Assembly (NCBI GenBank): GCA_001724265.1
Contig: MEDY01000271.1
Location: 1-41,897, forward strand
DNA: 41,897 nt
Direction of reading: 5' to 3'
Origin: Rhizaria sp. SCN 62-66
Lineage: Eukaryota
Below, piece after piece: positions 38,284 through 41,897 of the stretch (positions within the stretch are counted from its first letter, which is position 1; each line of letters opens with the position of its first letter). A model generated the notes under the pieces. The model was not told the DNA's origin and made no database searches. It saw only the letters and a list, made by a program, of their open reading frames with translations. Position numbers and translations under genes: made by a program.

Positions 38284-41200
38284 TCACATGTGCAGCATCT
38301 GCTGCTGTTGCTGCTCAACCTGCTGCTGCCCGACCTGCTGCACGGCGACCACGGAGACTGCGGGGTTGATAGCGGTAGCCACGGCGGCGACCTCGCGGAT
38401 GGTGGCGACGGCGCGGTGCGCGGTGGCGAGCAGCTGAGCCCGCTGCGCCGCCCAGGCCGTTGCCGCGGCGGCCGCGTGCGCCGCGCCCGCCGCAGCCATG
38501 GCGCGCTCGTGCGCGGCGGAGCGGACGGGGCCCACGCGCAGCGGGCCGCGCAACGACAGCAGCGGCGGCAGCGACAGCGCGGCCGCAGAGGTGGCGCAGT
38601 CACTTACACACAGCGCGTTAGAGCTGGCGCTTGCGCTGGCGGTGACGGATGGCATGGCAGGCATGGCGGGGCCGTAGCGCGCGCGCAGGGCGGCCTCGAG
38701 CAGCAGCCCCTCCTCGTCCTCCGCGGTCGCAGCCACATCGGTTTCGGTCTTAGCGATAGACACAGCGGCAGCAGCGGCGGCGGCGGCGAGTGAGAGCGCG
38801 GGCTCTGCGTCAGGGTTGGGCGCGGCGGCGCGGGTCCTCGCAGCCGCTGCGGCCAGCGCGGCGGGGTCCACGCCCGTGCCCGCGAGCCGCTGCAGCAGCG
38901 CCACGCCCGCCGCGGAGTCCCACGCCACGCCGCCGCCGCGCCCGCCGCCATTGCTGCTGCGGCTGCACAGGGCGGCAGGGGCAGTGGAGCGGGCGGAGAG
39001 CGCGGTGGGCGCGGCGAGTTGGACGTCGTCGTCGCCCATGGCCACGGAGCCGAGCTCGCACTCGAAAGTGCTGGAGCCGGACTGTCGCTTGGCAGCGGAG
39101 GCGGCGGTGGCGGGACGCGCGCGTTTGCGCTGGCGCTGGCGCTGGTCAGCCTTCGCGTCGGCCTCGATCACGACCTCGGCGACCGCGCCATCATCGTCGC
39201 TGTCGTCTTCGCCGCCGCCGTGCTTGCACTCGTCGCCGGCACCCGCGGCCGCGGCGCGCTTGGAGCCGCGCTTGGTGACAGAGCCGGGCACGCAGTCTGA
39301 GGACGAGGCGGGGCACGATGAAGAGACGGCAGCGGTGAGCATTGCGCGCGGGGCGTAGGCGTCGGGGAGCTCGGGGCGGCAGCAGCCGCGCACGGCGGCG
39401 GCGGCGACGTCCCAGGCCAGCGCAGACTCGGAGATGCCCGCGCCCGCAGCCTCGGCCAGCCGCTGCGGGCAGTCCCACCGGTGGCCCAGCTCGCACTTGA
39501 AGCCGGCACTGCTGCTGGCGCTGTTGGCTGCGCTGTTGAAACTGTAGGAGAGCAGGCGGATGGCGGCCGAGATGAGCGCCGAGGGCGCGAGGCGCGCGCA
39601 CGCGGCCTCATCGGCGCGCGGCTGCAGCCTCAGCCACGCAGACGCCTTCGCCGACAACGACGCAGCCACCGAAGATGACGACGACACAGTCGCAGCGGGC
39701 TCGGCCTTAAGCGCGAGCTTGAGCGTGAGCGCGTCGACCGCGGGCTGCGCACACTGGCTGGGCACCGCGCTCAGCGCAGCGGCGGCTGCGGCGGCCACGG
39801 CCGCGTCGGGCGCGCTGGCGACGGCGAAGGCGCGAGCGCGCACCGCCGCGGCCGCTGGGTCAGCGCCAGAGCCGGCGGGGTGCGCGGGCGCGGAGCGGCC
39901 CAGCGCGGCGGCCACGGCGGCGGGGACGTCGTTGCGCGAGCTCGCGCGGGCCGCCGAGGCCAGCGCCGCGCTCAGGTCCGCCTCGCGCGCGGCCTGCTCG
40001 AACCCGCGCACCGCGGCCGCAGCCGTCGCGGCGCTCTCCGCGGCGGCAGTGGCGGCGTCGGTCGCCTCAAGCTTGACTTCAGTGATGTCAGTGCTTTCAA
40101 CGCGATTTGCAGCAGCGAGAGCGTTCTCGGTCTTGACCGCGTCTGTGGCGTCCGTGAGGGCGTCCATGGTCGCGGCGGCGTCGAGCAGTAGCGAGCCCAG
40201 GGGCGCGGCGTAGGGTCCGCGGCTGAGCGCGCCGGAGACGAGCGGCAGCACGGCACCGACCGCGCCCGCGCCCACTGCAGTGAGCGCACTGGGCAGCGCG
40301 TCGCCGGCGTGCGCGGCGGCCGCGGCCAGCAGCGCAGTCGCGGCCACCGAGGCCGGCACGCGGCGCGGCAGCCCCGGCGCGGGGCCCAGCCCCGTGTAGG
40401 AGCTGGACTGCGCGGCCGCGCTCGCAGTGCTCGCGGAGAGGCCGTGAGGGCTGGACAGGGTGGAGAGCGCGGGCGAGGCCGTGACGGCAAAGACGCGGCG
40501 GTGCGCTGCCGCAGCGGCTACGGCGGCGCGGACCTGGAAGCCCGCCGCGCGCCGCGCCGCCGCCGCGCAGTCTGACTCGGTCGCAGAGGCTGGGACCGGC
40601 GACGCTGCGGCACTGATGCTACTATGGGGACAGGCGGGGGGCGCGAGGCCGACGAGCGCGGCGAGCATGTCGCGCTCCGCCGCGGCGGCGCCGGCGCGGG
40701 CCTCGGCAGCCAAGGAGACAGCATCAGCAGCGGTCTCACCGGCACGGAGGCACAGTCCGGGCGGGCACGGCGGCGCGGCGGCGGCGGACGCGGACCCAAA
40801 GCCCAAGACTGGGCCCAGGAGCTGCGGCGCGCGCCAGGGCGGGTTGAAGAAGGTCGCGGTCGGGGCCGCGAGCGGGCACGCGCCGCGCACGCGCGCCGAG
40901 ACCGCGGCGACGGCGTGCAGCGGGCCCCAGACCGACACGCCGGGAGCGGCGTGCGCCCTGCTGCCACAGACGCAAGCCTGCGTGGCGGCCAGGTCCAGGT
41001 GCGCGGCCTGGGCGTGAGCCGCCGCGGCCGCCGCGTTGCCGCCGCGCGCGAGCGGGCCCGCGAGCCCCTGGCCGTCGCCCACGCCCACGCCCAGCGGCGC
41101 GCGCGTCGCCAGCGCCTCAGCAGCTGAAACGTCCAGGTGCGCGGGTGCTGCGGCCGCGGGGGCGGCGGCGTGAGCGGCCGTGAGCGTCACCGACGCGGGA

Positions 41201-41897
41201 CCCAGCCCTGCCGCCGCGGCGAGCGTCGCCGGGAGCAGGCCTAGTGTGCGGCCGTACGGGAACACATGGGCCCCGCCCAGCACCCAGGGCGCACGCAGGG
41301 CGGGGGCGGCCGCGGAGAAGTGCGCCCCGGGGCCCGGCACGGCGCCCGCGGCAAGGCGCGGCAGCGCAGCCGAGCTGGCGAAGAATCCCACGCTCTGCGC
41401 GGCCGCGCCGTCGTCGCCAGGCGCGGCCGCCGCGGTGGTCGTGGCGGGCAGCGCGGGCGGCGGCGAGGACATGAGCGCGACGACATCCGTCTGCCACGGC
41501 GCGGCGCCCGCAGCCATGGCGGCGGCCGCCGCATGCGGATTCGCGAACGGGTTGGCCAGGTCGAAGAAGGCGCCCACGTGGCCGTGGCCGCCGAAGCCCA
41601 GCGCGCCGTCGGCGCCGGGCACGCCGTGGTGGAGCCCGTGGGCCGCGGCGGCGCCATCGCCCAGCGCGGGGTCGTAGCCTGCAGCCGCGGCATCGGCAAG
41701 CCGGGCGCGCGCGTGGCCCCAGCGCCCGCGGCGGCTGGTCGCCACCTCGGCCGCGGGGCCCGCGCTGGCGGCATTGGCGGCGTCGTCGTCGTCGCCGAAG
41801 CCGCCCTCGCCGTCGCCGGCCGCCGTGAAGCCCAACGCGCGCCGCGCCATGCGGCCCTTGAGCGCCTCCATCGTCGGGTTCGTGCCCGCGCCGCCGC
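38284..41897 (-). CDS. Large (>=1195 aa) Ala-rich protein, probably nuclear, likely 5'-truncated by the window edge
   Basis: The frame stays open upstream of the ATG at 41871 to the window end. Basic NLS-like RQRQRKRARP and KRGSKR, several psi-K-x-E motifs, and a Gln-rich C-terminus. Confidence 0.82.
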   Translation of the reverse strand, partial: GGAGTNPTMEALKGRMARRALGFTAAGDGEGGFGDDDDAANAASAGPAAEVATSRRGRWGHARARLADAAAAGYDPALGDGAAAAHGLHHGVPGADGALGFGGHGHVGAFFDLANPFANPHAAAAAMAAGAAPWQTDVVALMSSPPPALPATTTAAAAPGDDGAAAQSVGFFASSAALPRLAAGAVPGPGAHFSAAAPALRAPWVLGGAHVFPYGRTLGLLPATLAAAAGLGPASVTLTAAHAAAPAAAAPAHLDVSAAEALATRAPLGVGVGDGQGLAGPLARGGNAAAAAAHAQAAHLDLAATQACVCGSRAHAAPGVSVWGPLHAVAAVSARVRGACPLAAPTATFFNPPWRAPQLLGPVLGFGSASAAAAPPCPPGLCLRAGETAADAVSLAAEARAGAAAAERDMLAALVGLAPPACPHSSISAAASPVPASATESDCAAAARRAAGFQVRAAVAAAAAHRRVFAVTASPALSTLSSPHGLSASTASAAAQSSSYTGLGPAPGLPRRVPASVAATALLAAAAAHAGDALPSALTAVGAGAVGAVLPLVSGALSRGPYAAPLGSLLLDAAATMDALTDATDAVKTENALAAANRVESTDITEVKLEATDAATAAAESAATAAAAVRGFEQAAREADLSAALASAARASSRNDVPAAVAAALGRSAPAHPAGSGADPAAAAVRARAFAVASAPDAAVAAAAAAALSAVPSQCAQPAVDALTLKLALKAEPAATVSSSSSVAASLSAKASAWLRLQPRADEAACARLAPSALISAAIRLLSYSFNSAANSASSSAGFKCELGHRWDCPQRLAEAAGAGISESALAWDVAAAAVRGCCRPELPDAYAPRAMLTAAVSSSCPASSSDCVPGSVTKRGSKRAAAAGAGDECKHGGGEDDSDDDGAVAEVVIEADAKADQRQRQRKRARPATAASAAKRQSGSSTFECELGSVAMGDDDVQLAAPTALSARSTAPAALCSRSSNGGGRGGGVAWDSAAGVALLQRLAGTGVDPAALAAAAARTRAAAPNPDAEPALSLAAAAAAAAVSIAKTETDVAATAEDEEGLLLEAALRARYGPAMPAMPSVTASASASSNALCVSDCATSAAALSLPPLLSLRGPLRVGPVRSAAHERAMAAAGAAHAAAAATAWAAQRAQLLATAHRAVATIREVAAVATAINPAVSVVAVQQVGQQQVEQQQQQMLHM

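Noticed and set aside
1..41897. CRISPR array, tRNA/rRNA, transposase or reverse transcriptase, viral genes, alternative genetic code
   Set aside because: No spaced direct repeats, cloverleafs, terminal repeats or mobile-element motifs were seen. Conserved genes translate cleanly in the standard code and end in TAA or TGA.

Overview
Gene-dense segment of a eukaryotic nuclear genome, probably a unicellular protist; the species cannot be determined from sequence alone. Coding regions are very GC-rich and encode Ala/Pro/Gln-rich proteins, separated by short AT-richer spacers, and introns are rare. Five genes are recognisable: a uridine kinase-UPRTase fusion of the UCKL1/Urk1 type (3026-4861, -), a secreted CBM9-like/DOMON-like protein (16705-17633, +, one intron), an Atg18/WIPI PROPPIN (27302-30772, +), a VHS-GAT TOM1-like adaptor (32012-33994, -, one intron) and ALG1 mannosyltransferase (34690-36435, +). 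Four large orphan-like ORFs are also present: a Gln-rich coiled-coil protein cut by the left edge, an intronless 3331-aa IQ-motif protein, an intronless ~2629-aa protein, and a >1195-aa probable nuclear protein cut by the right edge. Three gene pairs are head-to-head. I found no tRNA, rRNA, CRISPR array or transposon, and no clearly demonstrable new system. The best leads are a cryptic 351-codon minus-strand frame broken only by TGA (36728-37780), acceptor-like YAG/CCCTAGC sites just upstream of most start codons, and the motif content of the giant orphan proteins.
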